Positions 10,134 through 23,098 are shown, counted from the stretch's first letter. The stretch is DNA of 34,414 nucleotides from Octopus bimaculoides (GCF_001194135.2 NC_068992.1:32554998-32589411); one strand, 5' to 3'. Program-made: numbers and translations. The notes: generated by a model from the letters alone, not told the origin.

Positions 10134-12589
10134 TATTTATGAAATGGATTTTTTATATACCCATAACTATAAACATGCCTTGAGTTTTACACTGAAATAG
10201 CCAGAAAATTAAATGAAACAATGATAATAATATTGTGATTTCGTAATCTTAAATTACTATAGATTAATTTGTTTCTTCGCTGATAAATTATATCTTATTC
10301 GTGTCATCCTCTCTTGATTCACTAAGTTATCAAGAAAGGCATTTCAAATATATATCGTTGTATTACTTTTAATTGTTACAAATGGACATTTGATCTCATA
10401 TTTGATATTCACATGTAGACCCTGGAAGTTTTATAAAATTGAAAATAATGTTTTGTTTCAAAATATATGTGATTATTATGCCAAATTTATAGTTACGAAC
10501 CCAAATTTGCAAATTACTAACTGAAAAGAAAACAGCAAAACAACACCAACATTTTTAATTACTTTTTAGTCCGTGAGGATTGTGTGAAGTTTAGTGTAAA
10601 AATATGGTTAAATGGTCGGTTCAGTTCTAAGCAGGCGTAAGCTCGGTCTTTAATTTTGCTATGTAACAGATGCTTTGGAAAAATGGGACGATGATTATAT
10701 TCTATTTTGACTGGAAAAAATTTCATTAGATTTAACTCTGTCTTTGCACATGTCTTCCACTCTCTCATCGAAAACTCAACCGTGAAATCTTAAAACAGTT
10801 TTCATGTTACGATCATTTCTTTCTAGTCTTTATTTTTGTTTTGTATATTGACATTTTTGCTATTAGTGTTACGTTGTTTAAACTGAAACTGAATCAATAC
10901 AACTAAGTCTTCATTTAATTAGAGTTCTGTTTTCGAATACACCCACCCATTGACAAATACACAAATACAAGAACGCACGCGCGCGCGCACACACACACAT
11001 GCACATGCATACACATGCGCGCATTCACAAGCACACAATATGAAACACATACGCAAAAAACAAACACACAAATATGTAACGAATATTTCGAAAGTCAACA
11101 CGGGCTAATAGACAAATAATTGCTTCTGCAAGTAGACATTGGTTTCACTTCCATTTGACAGCTTATATTTAACTTAAGTGGTTGAAGCTAAAGTGCAACA
11201 AAATTAATCCTAAGCGGCCATTTTTTCAGCCATCTAAATCATAATTTTAAACTGGAATTCATTTAGATGATTGTATTTAAGGCATAAGCTGTTTTCATAG
11301 TGAAATATTTCCGAAAAAAAAGAAACAAAATGAGATAATGAGTTGTAAATATCTGTGGTTTTCCAAAATGCTCTGTAATGCATTATTATAATGTATTATA
11401 AGATAAAATATAAAATAGGTCTCTTTCTATAAAATTTATATCGCGTTTCATTTTTGTTTTAATTTATTTATATCTTTAAGGGAAAAAGTAAAAACAGCAG
11501 AAAACTGATATTCAAATGATAGTAATTTGGTGCCAAGAAAAGTATTCAAAAAATCAACTAAATGTGCAATACTGCTAGGTTCTTAACTATTTGAACGACT
11601 GATAATAAGAGACAACCCCATGGGAGTAACTAAAACCATTATTCCATTAACAGTGAAATTGTATTTTAGCTTTTGTCAACAAAAGTTATGTTTTTATATG
11701 AAGTTGTTTATATACCAAATCTGATCGAGATGAGTTTAGTGGATATATTTTGTATAAACATGCCAACAGATATACGTCTAAATCTTCCCAGCTGACTCTT
11801 TATAATTTTTTGGTTAATTTCAATAATTATTTTACCCATGTATATTGCCAGAAGATTGGTAACAATATTTTATGTTCAGCATGGGAGAATATGTATTTCA
11901 TCTTCCGATAAGGGCGTAGGATACGTCGTTCATTATCTTCTTGTTTTCCAATTCGCTGTGTCTCACAGATTATGGCCTACCCTCAATTATCAGAACCTAA
12001 ACAATTATAAGTTACAGGTGACTAGATGACATTATCTTCTCCAGTATCTGAGCATTTCCGTCATCCTTGTCATTATATCATTTATCTAACTGGAGTAATA
12101 CATACAGATATACACACATATATGCATATATGTGTGTGTGTAAGTGTATATATGTATATATGTATGTATATGTGTGTGTCTGTAGGTATATATATATATA
12201 TATATATGTGTGTATATATATTGTTTCGAAGTTATGTGAATGTGTATAGAATAATATATCAGTTGAATAAAGTTAAAAATATGGTCTGGTCTTCATTTTT
12301 TTCTTATGGTATTTTAGCATTAACAGATATTTTGTAATGTTCTTAAAGCAAAATGGTCGCTTTCATGCATAGAGTAATCATCAGACAGTTGGTTTCTTGA
12401 CTGTAGTACCTCGTAGAACACTCCAGCAAGCTGAAGTGGAACTTAAACATGAGGGTTTTCCAGGTGTTCCGATATTTTATAATGTGTTTATAGTTATATG
12501 TCAGAGATATTTTCAATCCACATTATTACTTATAGAAAATATCATGCAACGATCATGATAACTATAGAACATCTTAGGTCAACACAAAA

Positions 12590-13190
12590 AAGACGAATCC
12601 ATCACCGGATTACAATACCATTCCTAGTAACACACAATCCGCTTCACGAAAACATTTTTAACATTATCAAAACAAATTTACCAATCATAAAGGAAAATTA
12701 AAACAAAAAACATAATAGCCAATTAAACCTTAAGCAAAAAGCAACATAACCTCAAGAAACTATTAACAAAAACAAACTTGAACATTAACAACTAGGATAA
12801 AACATTCACAATATCCAAGATAACAGATGTGGAACGTGTCAATACATGCATATGTGTAGATCTATTAGAACAAAAAATGGACGATTTTCGCAAATGTAGG
12901 TATGAACGGCAAAAGCAGAAGTTTGATCTCCTGTATTAAATGCCTGCATTGCGAGGAACTCTATATACGCGAGACAAGGAACGTATTATCGGAGCGATCA
13001 CAACTCCAACTCCACAGACAACAAATCCGGAACACCAATGTCTACCAAATTCCATTGAGCGAATGTAGAGAGACATGCGGTTAGAGAATGTTCCTAATTC
13101 TTCCTTTCCACAAACTACGAGACAAATGAGGTTGACGAAACGTAAAAGAAAAACGGTATATTAAAATGTTCAAACTTGTTCTGAACGGAA
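12590..13190 (+). mobile_element. Penelope-like element fossil: RT C-terminal linker plus GIY-YIG endonuclease
   Basis: Reads RITIPFLVTHNPLHENIFNIIKTNLPII, then CGTCQYM, then LISCIKCLHCEELYIRETRNVLSER..LHRQQIRN...IPLSE, then FLILPFHKL...KEKRYIKMFKLVLN. This matches the PLE pattern 'PFVTTYNP', the Cys knuckle, 'VIYCIxCxxC..YIGxT..LRxR..HRxxIR' and 'E..FI..FKPxLN'. Confidence 0.85.
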
Positions 13191-13582
13191 ATAACAACAA
13201 TAATATAACAATCAGCTAATGATGTGGAATAAAAAAAATATCTGTAACATATGACAATAATAAATTACAGAATATCAGTACGCCTGGCAAACCGTGATGT
13301 TTAAGCTACATGCGAATTGGTCAAAACGATATTCTAGAACTAAAAATCCAGCTTGTTAGGGCGTTCTAAGAGGTACAACCGTTGTCAAGAACTCATATGT
13401 CAATTAAACACGTTTGAAATGTGATGATAACTCTATGTATGCAATCGTTAACTTAACTTTATGAGCATTACAAAATTTTTTATGTTAAAATACAATGAGA
13501 AAAAATGTGAAAACTAGACCATATTTTAACTTTATTCAGCTGATATATGTATGTGTGTGTGTGTGGATTTGTGTGCCTGTAC

Positions 13583-13616
<34 letters not shown>

Positions 13617-14348
13617 NNNNNNNNNNNNNNNNNNNNNNNNNNNNNNNNNNNNNNNNNNNNNNNNNNNNNNNNNNNNNNNNNNNNNNNNNNNNNNNNNNNN
13701 NNNNNNNNNNNNNNNNNNNNNNNNNNNNNNNNNNNNNNNNNNNNNNNNNNNNNNNNNNNNNNNNNNNNNNNNNNNNNNNNNNNNNNNNNNNNNNNNNNNN
13801 NNNNNNNNNNNNNNNNNNNNNNNNNNNNNNNNNNNNNNNNNNNNNNNNNNNNNNNNNNNNNNNNNNNNNNNNNNNNNNNNNNNNNNNNNNNNNNNNNNNN
13901 NNNNNNNNNNNNNNNNNNNNNNNNNNNNNNNNNNNNNNNNNNNNNNNNNNNNNNNNNNNNNNNNNNNNNNNNNNNNNNNNNNNNNNNNNNNNNNNNNNNN
14001 NNNNNNNNNNNNNNNNNNNNNNNNNNNNNNNNNNNNNNNNNNNNNNNNNNNNNNNNNNNNNNNNNNNNNNNNNNNNNNNNNNNNNNNNNNNNNNNNNNNN
14101 NNNNNNNNNNNNNNNNNNNNNNNNNNNNNNNNNNNNNNNNNNNNNNNNNNNNNNNNNNNNNNNNNNNNNNNNNNNNNNNNNNNNNNNNNNNNNNNNNNNN
14201 NNNNNNNNNNNNNNNNNNNNNNNNNNNNNNNNNNNNNNNNNNNNNNNNNNNNNNNNNNNNNNNNNNNNNNNNNNNNNNNNNNNTGTATGTGAGAGTGTGT
14301 GTGTAACTGTGGATTGGGGCTAGTGGCCTTGACGTGTGGATGTGTGCA

Positions 14349-14391
<43 letters not shown>

Positions 14392-14395
<4 letters not shown>

Positions 14396-14560
14396 GATTT
14401 TTTTATTTCTCTGTTTATTTTCCCTTATTTCTTCCTGTTGAACAGCCTAGGCTCGAAAAGTTAAAGATTTTTACATTTTTCTCGAGCATCAAACTAATAC
14501 GCTTGCTTGTTGTTCATACACATGTCTTCATATTTGTGTTTCTATAAACTTAAACTGTAT
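14392..14560 (+). mobile_element. Probable Penelope-like terminal-repeat fragment with a degenerate hammerhead-like motif (14435-14462)
   Basis: ctgttga-a-cagc-ctag-gctc-gaaaa-gtt follows the CUGANGA-(A)-helix II-GAAAC layout but has several core changes. The family assignment rests on recollection of similar repeats, not a search. Confidence 0.35.
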
Positions 14561-14565
14561 TTGTT

Positions 14566-14566
<1 letters not shown>

Positions 14567-14607
<41 letters not shown>

Positions 14608-14672
14608 TGTGTCTGTGTCTGTGTCTGTGAATGTGTGCGCGTGTGTGTGTGCGTGTGTGTGTGCGCGCGTGT
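14567..14672. repeat. (GT)n/(GTCTGT)n/(GC)n microsatellite
   Basis: Direct reading. Confidence 0.95.
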
Positions 14673-14714
14673 ATTTACGTATATGTATAGGCTAGTGTTT
14701 GCGTGTACCTGGTC

Positions 14715-15250
14715 TGAAAGTGTGTCAGGAGCTGAAATTCATCGCAGGCCTTCAATATAATACGAGGACAACGCTCTACCACGTTGAAGTATGTATGAGA
14801 GAATGAAGAGCCTTAAAAATGGCCGAACGCGCATAAAGATGGAGGAATGAGTAGGACCGCACAAACCTTCCCCACCGCCGTGAAGATTCAATAAGCTCCA
14901 GAGATGGTTCTGATGAACCAATGAGTGATTATCTATAAGGTGATTTGTTGTCTGCAATCAGTCGTGGTTCTCCATCCGAAATCTTCACAAGCCTCGTTTC
15001 CCTAAAGTCTGGGCGAAATGGGTGTCAAAAAGGGTTACTGAAGCGCATAAGCGCTATTGTGAGGATATCTATGAACGCTTACCCTACCGTTACAACGATG
15101 AAGACAATGAGTTTTGGAGAGAATAGTCACGATTTAAGACCTGGATGCATCACTTTGAACCAGAATCCAAGGAGCAGAGTATGGAATAGAGTAACTCAGA
15201 ATCGCTCGAGTAAAAGCAATTCAAGACTCAAATTAGGATGAAAACGGTCC
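14715..15250 (+). pseudogene. mariner (DD34D-type) transposase fossil, N-terminal HTH to first catalytic D region
   Basis: With frameshifts it reads GAEIHRR...YEDNALPR..MYE...LKNGRT; FPKVWAKWVSKRVTEAHKR (WVPxxL motif); RYNDEDNEF; KTWMHHFEPESKEQSME (DETWxHxYxPExKxQSxEW motif); KQFKTQ. Multiple stops; no TIRs recognised. Confidence 0.9.
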
Positions 15251-15839
15251 CATTGGAGAACATTATATGAGAAAATTTGTCTACAGTCACCAGTGTAGGC
15301 TACAACTAAATATAGGACAACAAATCCAGAATTTGAAGCAAACGCGGAGCATAAGGGTAGGTTAGAAAATTAACTGAATTTTGCACCAAAAAATTATAAA
15401 ATTCAAATATTTTTATTTTAGCAACAATACAAAATATGTTACATGTTCCATAAAGTAATTAACACAATTAAATAAATAAAAGTGACCTTATAAGCAAAAT
15501 ATAATAGATATAAAAAATATATACATTAACTAACCTAATATACATATTGAATATAATATAATTTATCTAAATATAAAATAGATTTTCAAACTGTAATGCA
15601 AATTTTGCCTTGTAGGCCACATTGCGCTGGAAAAAAACAAAGAGCAGAGTGTTGTTGTTTTTAAATTCATTACCACGAAAATAAATTGTGAAAACTGTTT
15701 GGCTTACATCAAGTCGCGTGATACAACCTCTTCAGTTATCAAGCAGACACTACATAACTTCACAAATACAAACTCAAAGTCATATCGCAATACGAATACA
15801 AATAAGTAAATAACAAAACAGATATTTCGAATATCGGAC

Positions 15840-16017
15840 AAACACACACACACACACACGCACACACACACACACACACACACACGCACATACACNNNNN
15901 NNNNNTTTCGAATATCGGACAAACACACACACACACACACGCACACACACACACACACACACACACGCACATACACACACGCGTGCACGGACACACATAC
16001 ACACACACACACACACA

Positions 16018-16057
<40 letters not shown>
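15840..16057. repeat. (CA)n/(TA)n microsatellite with a ~70 bp block duplicated across a 10-N gap
   Basis: tttcgaatatcggacaaac(ac)n...gcacatacac occurs identically on both sides of the 15896-15905 gap. Confidence 0.9.
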
Positions 16058-16059
<2 letters not shown>

Positions 16060-16102
16060 CAAGCAGAGATACCCGGAGTTGTTCGGGATTAAGATGGCAC
16101 AG
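16058..16102 (-). mobile_element. Isolated Helitron-type 3' terminus
   Basis: The minus strand reads ctgtgccatcttaat-cccgaacaactccggg-tatctctg-cttg-t: a GC hairpin, an 8-nt spacer and a CTAG-like end (CTTG), abutting (TA)n. It has the same layout as 8435-8464. Confidence 0.6.
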
Positions 16103-16111
16103 TTTTTTATT

Positions 16112-16300
16112 GTTTTGCATGTTTCGGTCATGCGACTGGAGCACCTCCTGAAGTCGAAGAAATCGACCCCATTATTTATTCTTTATAAACCTAGTACTTA
16201 TTCTATAGGAGAGTGCTGGCAAAAGGCTAAGTTAGAGGGAAGTAAACACAGCAATATCGGTTCTCAAGCGACGGTAGGGAAACAGACACAGACACACACA
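16112..16300 (-). mobile_element. SINE-like repeat copy (3' body)
   Basis: Shares motifs with 27060-27160 and the reverse complement of 26290-26515 (ctggagcacc, atcgacccc, ttattcttt.taa, agtacttattct). It ends in a CA-rich tract. Confidence 0.7.
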
Positions 16301-16339
16301 CGCGCGCACACACATATACAAGCACACACATATATACAT

Positions 16340-16409
<70 letters not shown>

Positions 16410-17275
16410 GTATATATATACATATATATTTGTATATATATACTTGTACACATCTATATATATTCATGTATATATACATGTATACATCTATCTGTATATT
16501 CATGGATATGTNNNNNNNNNNNNNNNNNNNNNNNNNNNNNNNNNNNNNNNNNNNNNNNNNNNNNNNNNNNNNNNNNNNNNNNNNNNNNNNNNNNNNNNNN
16601 NNNNNNNNNNNNNNNNNNNNNNNNNNNNNNNNNNNNNNNNNNNNNNNNNNNNNNNNNNNNNNNNNNNNNNNNNNNNNNNNNNNNNNNNNNNNNNNNNNNN
16701 NNNNNNNNNNNNNNNNNNNNNNNNNNNNNNNNNNNNNNNNNNNNNNNNNNNNNNNNNNNNNNNNNNNNNNNNNNNNNNNNNNNNNNNNNNNNNNNNNNNN
16801 NNNNNNNNNNNNNNNNNNNNNNNNNNNNNNNNNNNNNNNNNNNNNNNNNNNNNNNNNNNNNNNNNNNNNNNNNNNNNNNNNNNNNNNNNNNNNNNNNNNN
16901 NNNNNNNNNNNNNNNNNNNNNNNNNNNNNNNNNNNNNNNNNNNTTTGTTTTATATATATATATATATATGTATACATGTAAATATGTATATATTTATACA
17001 TATACTTCTATGAATATGCATCTATACAAATGCGCGTATACATATACACCTATACATATACATCTAAATATATATATCTCTATATGCATACATATTTATA
17101 TGCAGATGTATATACACATATATAGATACATGTATATATATATATATACGTAATATATACATACACATAATATATATGTGCGTGTGTGTGCGTGTGTTTG
17201 TGTGTGTGGTTGTGTGTGCGTGTGTTTGTGTGTGCGTGTGTGTGTGTGCGTGTGTGTGTGTATGCAAGTATATAT
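16290..17275. repeat. Complex (CA)/(TA)/(TG) microsatellite field spanning a gap
   Basis: Direct reading; this field explains the YIYI/THTH/CVCV ORFs in the track. Confidence 0.95.
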
Positions 17276-17922
17276 GAGAGATAATATTTTCAATATTAAT
17301 AGGAAAGTATATAATAGTTTCAGAATTAAAACTGAAAATAAATCACATTGAAATAGAGATGTCCTTGTTGCACGTTTGACACGTAACACTGAAATGCTGT
17401 AAGAGATAAGATATTGTTCCGGGCTCGCATTAAGCAAGAGGTTGAAAATTGTTTGCCCCACGACACTGCATGTTCTCTAATAAACCATGTGTAATATATG
17501 AATGAAATCGTTTGGGTAGGTCTCGAGTTTTAGTGTTGTAAATATACAGAGAGACACATTCTCAGTTTCATATATATATAGATTATACAAATAAGATGAT
17601 AGGTTGCGAAACGCAATTCCGATCGAAAAGGGAAATAATACACCGTCTCTAAACAGTGAGGAATGGTGCAAGGAGCACTAGTTTTCCTAGAAATAAGAAT
17701 CAAAGAACTGTTTAACCACAGAAAGCACATTTTTCACTTACTGATAAGCATTTGATTTCATGAGAAGTTGGCATGCTAATATAATGCCACACAATTCTGG
17801 TGATGTGTTTGTCTCCCTTGTGAGTAAATAGAAAATCTGCTTTTTGTGGCTAAACAGCTCTTTGACACATTTGTAACAATGCTGGTGCTTCCTGCACCAT
17901 TTCACACTGTTTTATGTCGGTG

Positions 17923-17961
<39 letters not shown>

Positions 17962-18474
17962 CATATGTANNNNNNNNNNNNNNNNNNNNNNNNNNNNNNN
18001 NNNNNNNNNNNNNNNNNNNNNNNNNNNNNNNNNNNNNNNNNNNNNNNNNNNNNNNNNNNNNNNNNNNNNNNNNNNNNNNNNNNNNNNNNNNNNNNNNNNN
18101 NNNNNNNNNNNNNNNNNNNNNNNNNNNNNNNNNNNNNNNNNNNNNNNNNNNNNNNNNNNNNNNNNNNNNNNNNNNNNNNNNNNNNNNNNNNNNNNNNNNN
18201 NNNNNNNNNNNNNNNNNNNNNNNNNNNNNNNNNNNNNNNNNNNNNNNNNNNNNNNNNNNNNNNNNNNNNNNNNNNNNNNNNNNNNNNNNNNNNNNNNNNN
18301 NNNNNNNNNNNNNNNNNNNNNNNNNNNNNNNNNNNNNNNNNNNNNNNNNNNNNNNNNNNNNNNNNNNNNNNNNNNNNNNNNNNNNNNNNNNNNTATATAT
18401 ATGAGTGTGTATATATACATATATATTAGAAGGTTTGGAGGTGATGTACAGGTATTATACATTAGAAAAAAAAA

Positions 18475-19476
18475 GGTATTCAGAGATCTGGATGGTTGTA
18501 CATTTACAGATTTTCATTAATATGTCATATGTTTTCATAAATCATATATTAGCGCTTGCATCTATTCTAGTAGAATTTTCAGATTTAAAATGTTTGAGGG
18601 GATTCGTCTCTTTTTATAGTATCATTGAGTGTGTAAGGGTGGATTGAGATGTATAGGATAGTAAAAGAGGGTGAGAAATGGGGAAAAAGTGAGAGAAAGT
18701 TTCTGTGTTTTTGTGTGTGCGTGTTTTTGTGTGTGCGTATTTTTATGTGTGTATGCACGTGTAGATTAAAGGAGTGTTTAAAGGAAAAGAGAAGGAAAGA
18801 AAGAAGGAAGAGAGAAAGAAAAAAATTGTGTTTACATATATACACCTGGTCAGTTCTTTCAATAAAAGATGACAAGTTGATTCTTGGCCTTAAAAAATGG
18901 CAAAGCTAGGTGGATATCTAAGCGGGGTCTTGATTTGAAAAAGTTATTGTTCAAAAAATTGTCTGATAACTAATCCAGACAATGTTTTGAAAAGTAACTT
19001 GTTTCAAAACAAGACCTCTCTTGTATAGCCACCTAGTTTTGCCAGTTTTAAAGGCCAAGAATCAACTTGTCATATTTTATTGAAAGAACTGACCAGGGGT
19101 ATATATATATAAACACAATGTTTTTTTCTTTCTCTATTCCCTTTTCTTGCCTTCTCTTTTCCATTGGCACTCCTTTCAGATACACAGGCACACACACACA
19201 TAAAAACACACAAACAAAACACACACAAAAAGAAACACACACACTCTCTCTCACTTTCTCCCCATTCCTCACCCTTATTTACTATCCTATATATATATAT
19301 CTCCAAACCTACACACTCAATAATACTATAAAAAGAAACGAATTCCCTAAAATAATTTAAATCTGAAGGTTCTACTAGAGTAGATGCAAGCGCTATTATA
19401 TGATTTATAAAAACGTATGACATATTAATAAAAATCTATAAATGTACAACCATCCAGATCTCTGATTACCTTATTT
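18475..19476. repeat. ~1 kb imperfect palindrome (two ~490 bp arms, centre ~18970)
   Basis: Centre: ttgtctg-ataacta-atccagacaa. Arm matches include gacaagttgattcttggcct / aggccaagaatcaacttgtc, ctggtcagttctttcaataaaa / ttttattgaaagaactgaccag, and agagatctggatggttgtacatt / aatgtacaaccatccagatctct. The right arm runs into the gap at 19477. Confidence 0.97.
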
Positions 19477-19795
19477 NNNNNNNNNNNNNNNNNNNNNNNN
19501 NNNNNNNNNNNNNNNNNNNNNNNNNNNNNNNNNNNNNNNNNNNNNNNNNNNNNNNNNNNNNNNNNNNNNNNNNNNNNNNNNNNNNNNNNNNNNNNNNNNN
19601 NNNNNNNNNNNNNNNNNNNNNNNNNNNNNNNNNNNNNNNNNNNNNNNNNNNNNNNNNNNNNNNNNNNNNNNNNNNNNNNNNNNNNNNNNNNNNNNNNNNN
19701 NNNNNNNNNNNNNNNNNNNNNNNNNNNNNNNNNNNNNNNNNNNNNNNNNNNNNNNNNNNNNNNNNNNNNNNNNNNNNNNNNNNNNNNNNNNNNNN

Positions 19796-19828
<33 letters not shown>

Positions 19829-19954
19829 TATATGTATAAGTTCAGATAAAGGTTACAATCCTCATTAGGGGATAATGAAATCCAATAAAAAAATACTGGT
19901 TAGATACTTATTCAAAAAGTTTTGAATATTACAAGTAATATTCAGCTGCAAGGT

Positions 19955-21885
19955 AATTAGATAAACCGTGGTTTATATAAATTTAAAAATTTGACAACAT
20001 ATCTGACAGCTGTTTCAGTTCCAGACATTTAGAAATTAATTAACAACATCAAAAACCGTTTAAAAGTCGAATCTGATCAGGGTTAGCTAAAGATATAGAA
20101 ATTAGTTGTTGATTCCCTACATGTTGAGTATCCGGCTGCAAATTGTTAAGTAATCAAATTTATATATAAAGAATATGGTATAAACCTTACAAAGGGGATG
20201 AAGCTAGTATATTTATTAGAGTCATAATATAAATTAAAAATAAAGCAGTATAACATTCTAGGGTGTTAAGTAAAAGAGAAAGCAAGTGTAAGTATATGAG
20301 TATAATTATCATATATTACAATATCATATGCACCAATAATAATTCAATAGATAAGTAGTGTGAAGATTGATATTAGTAAACTGATAATATATGTAAATAA
20401 AATGAAATTAAGAAATAACATTAAAAACAAAAGCAAAATATAAAATAGAAGGGGAAATCCATAAGATTAAATGTGTACAATCAAAACCATGGCAATTGGT
20501 GAAGGTTTATTCTTTTGGGTGTATTATGATATAATATAATGTAATATAATAAAAATAATCATAAAATACTATAGTGGTGAAAAAGCAAGAAGCAAATAGA
20601 ATAAAGTAACTTAGTAATTTAAGATAGAATATGTTATTGCGTAGTTAAGTGATAGTTTGTTTATATGTAACTAACATTTTAACAGAATGCACTACAGAGC
20701 AAATGCCTATAGATACGATTGCTAATTAATTTAGGTGAAAGCCATTCTAGACGATTTGTTACACTTTGTAAATATCAAAGGGTTAAATAACTTCAAAGAT
20801 GTAAGAACTTAATTTTAGGGTTAATTAATATATATATTTTTTTTGTATTATATACATGGTTACGCTTGAGTGTTTATTAATTTCAAAATTGTTGGGATCA
20901 AATACTAAATAATAATGGGTAAGCCGAGAAAAGAGAATACTTTAAAATAGAAAATAAATTTTTTAAAAAATAAATGAAAAATAAAAACAAAAATAGAATG
21001 AGATAAAGACTTATTTATCATAGTCTATCACCCTTAATACTAATATGAGAAAAATACTGGAAATAAATATGGTGGAAGACAAGAGGAAGGTGAAGATATT
21101 TCAAGTTAAAACCATAAATAAATAAGGGGGTACATCTATGCTTAAAAATAAGGGCTTAAAGAGGGGTCAATATATCAATATTAATAAAAACGTAAAATAG
21201 TTTAAATAGTTTAAATAGGTTGTCTTCAAAACCAGAAGTAGGGATTTACTATAGAGAAGAAAAACTGGGATTAATTTGTATGGGGGACGAAGAATTAGAT
21301 GAAGCCGGGTAATATAAATCTATAGGTTTATCGGTAACTTAGATTATAGCCCAGGGTATTGCTTATGCAGTACAATGCATTATTAAAGCAAAATACATTT
21401 TTGATATAAATGAATAAATGAATAAGTTTCATATACCTACATGCGATGAGAGAAAATACGGTAAATAAAGTTATTAAGCGAGAGAGAAACAAACAAATAC
21501 AAAGGGAGGTAATTTAATATGATAGCATGGATATGACTACTCATAAACAGAAGTAAATAGAAATTGCCACACAAAGGGAGGTAATATTTAATAAATTACT
21601 GGAAAAAAACAAGATAGATTATAGAAATTAGTGAATTTTTATTATAACTGCAATAAATATACTACTTTCCTCTATTTTGTATGATTTATACCATGTTCTT
21701 TATATATAAATTGTATCAGTTAATGGTTTGCAGCCTTATACTTAACATGCTGGAGACTAACTCTGATGCGATTCGACTTTTAAGTGGTTTCAGTTTTGTT
21801 AATAAATTTCTAAATGTCAGGAATTGGAACAGCTGTCAGAGATGCTGTCAAATGTTTTAATTAATAAATAATTATCTATTAATTA
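19955..21885. repeat. ~220 bp diverged inverted repeats (19955-20195 and 21672-21885) flanking ~1.5 kb of ORF-less A-rich DNA; possible non-autonomous long-TIR element
   Basis: Anchors: tctgacagctgtt 20002-20014 vs aacagctgtcaga 21828-21840; gacatttagaaatt 20024-20037 vs 21805-21818; tttatatataaagaa(t/c)atggtataaa at ~20159-20184 vs ~21685-21710. Confidence 0.85.
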
Positions 21886-21948
21886 TCTCTCTATTTTCTT
21901 AACTTCTTTAATGATATGTGTGTGTCTGTTTGTGCGGGGGGAGGGTGC

Positions 21949-21990
<42 letters not shown>

Positions 21991-22860
21991 CAGTGGCGAA
22001 GTTTGACTAGGAAATTAGGGTATGCAACCCCACCCCCACCCCACCGAGGTTGTCTTTGGTATATCCGAAAGTTCTACCCTCTCCTGTTTCCTGTGAAAAG
22101 TGTAGTATTATATTCTTTGAAATATGGGGAGTCTGAAAATGAAATTATTTTCCCCTTACGATACGCCATTTTAAGGTAGTTAGTAGAACACGTGTAACGT
22201 ACATATAACTTTGGAAATCGCCGTCAACGATTTCATCCAGTAAGGGCTATTCAAGCCGACAACTTTGAGAAAGAGTCGAAATTCCCTTTAAAGTATGGAA
22301 GAAAATTTGATATTCACGAACTCTTGAATCTGATTGAAAAAGTACCAAAATTAAGAGGATGTGTACAACAATGTACAACTTCCATCACTGATGCAGCTTT
22401 TCTCTATTTACTGATATCGGCTTATCCCCTAAACCTTTCTTGAAGCCTTTCTTTCTCATTAAGAAATCGCAAAACGTGTGACACTTAAGATTTCCTTCGA
22501 AGGTTTGTAATTTCACCAAACAGAACAGCAACAAATGCTGCTTTTTTTTTCTATCATTGGCTTAATTACACCTTCACTTGTAACAGCTATGCAATTAAGT
22601 GATTTCGTTTTCAATATAACTTGAAAGTGATATTCGTTTTGAATATCTCTTCAAAGCTAAGAAAATCTGATAAACTAACAGACATGGGAAACAGAAAATT
22701 TTGTTCAGAATGGGTCATCTCATTATTCATTCAGACTATTCATGATACTTCAATCAAAATAATGATGACATTCCTTGCTGACCACTTCGGTTTCGATTTT
22801 CAGCTTAAGCTTTGATTTCTCTTTTCTGATAATGTTAATATTCTTCGTATTCGTTTGAAA
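21991..22860 (-). mobile_element. Decayed hAT (Tip100/ZMYM1-like) transposase fragment with one possible TIR end
   Basis: Minus-strand remnants SIMNSLNE...RDIQNE (22633-22647) and KAASVM.EVVHCCTHPLN (~22350-22400) resemble the 'SxxIQNELI', 'DGAxxM' and 'VHCxAHxLNL' hAT motifs. CAGTGGCG at 21991 is a common hAT-type terminus. There are many stops and no matching second end. Confidence 0.4.
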
Positions 22861-23098
22861 GTTAGAGAAAGTAGACAGAAAACTGAACTAATTGACCCTT
22901 TTGCCATCCTGGGGGTGATTGAAAACATGAAAAATTCAACTGGGTTATAATCTTTTCAAATGAATCGAAGCTTTTTGCTAATATATAACTTAGGTGCTTG
23001 TTTGCGTTTTTGCGTAACATTTATTAAATAACTAATATTTAAAATTAAATTTTAAAGCATTGGCATAAACGAATGGATGCGATCTTTACTTTTTAATG

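Noticed and set aside
13495-14323. Long ORFs in the track (200-330 aa) at 6319-7059, 13495-14323, 15983-17013, 17902-18462, 28934-29831 and 31070-31477
   Set aside because: They stay open only because they run through N-gaps and (TA)n/(CA)n repeats (X, YIYI, THTH, CVCV). They are not genes.
15824-15975. Apparent ~70 bp tandem duplication
   Set aside because: Identical copies on either side of a 10-N spacer indicate unmerged contig overlap, an assembly artefact.
17766-17830. Short ORF ending at a GTGAGT donor-like site
   Set aside because: About 20 codons with no recognisable product and no linked exon.
21499-21585. 15-bp direct repeat acaaagggaggtaat spaced 72 bp apart, Shine-Dalgarno-like GGAGG
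   Set aside because: Only two copies, no downstream ORF and a eukaryotic context; most likely a local duplication.
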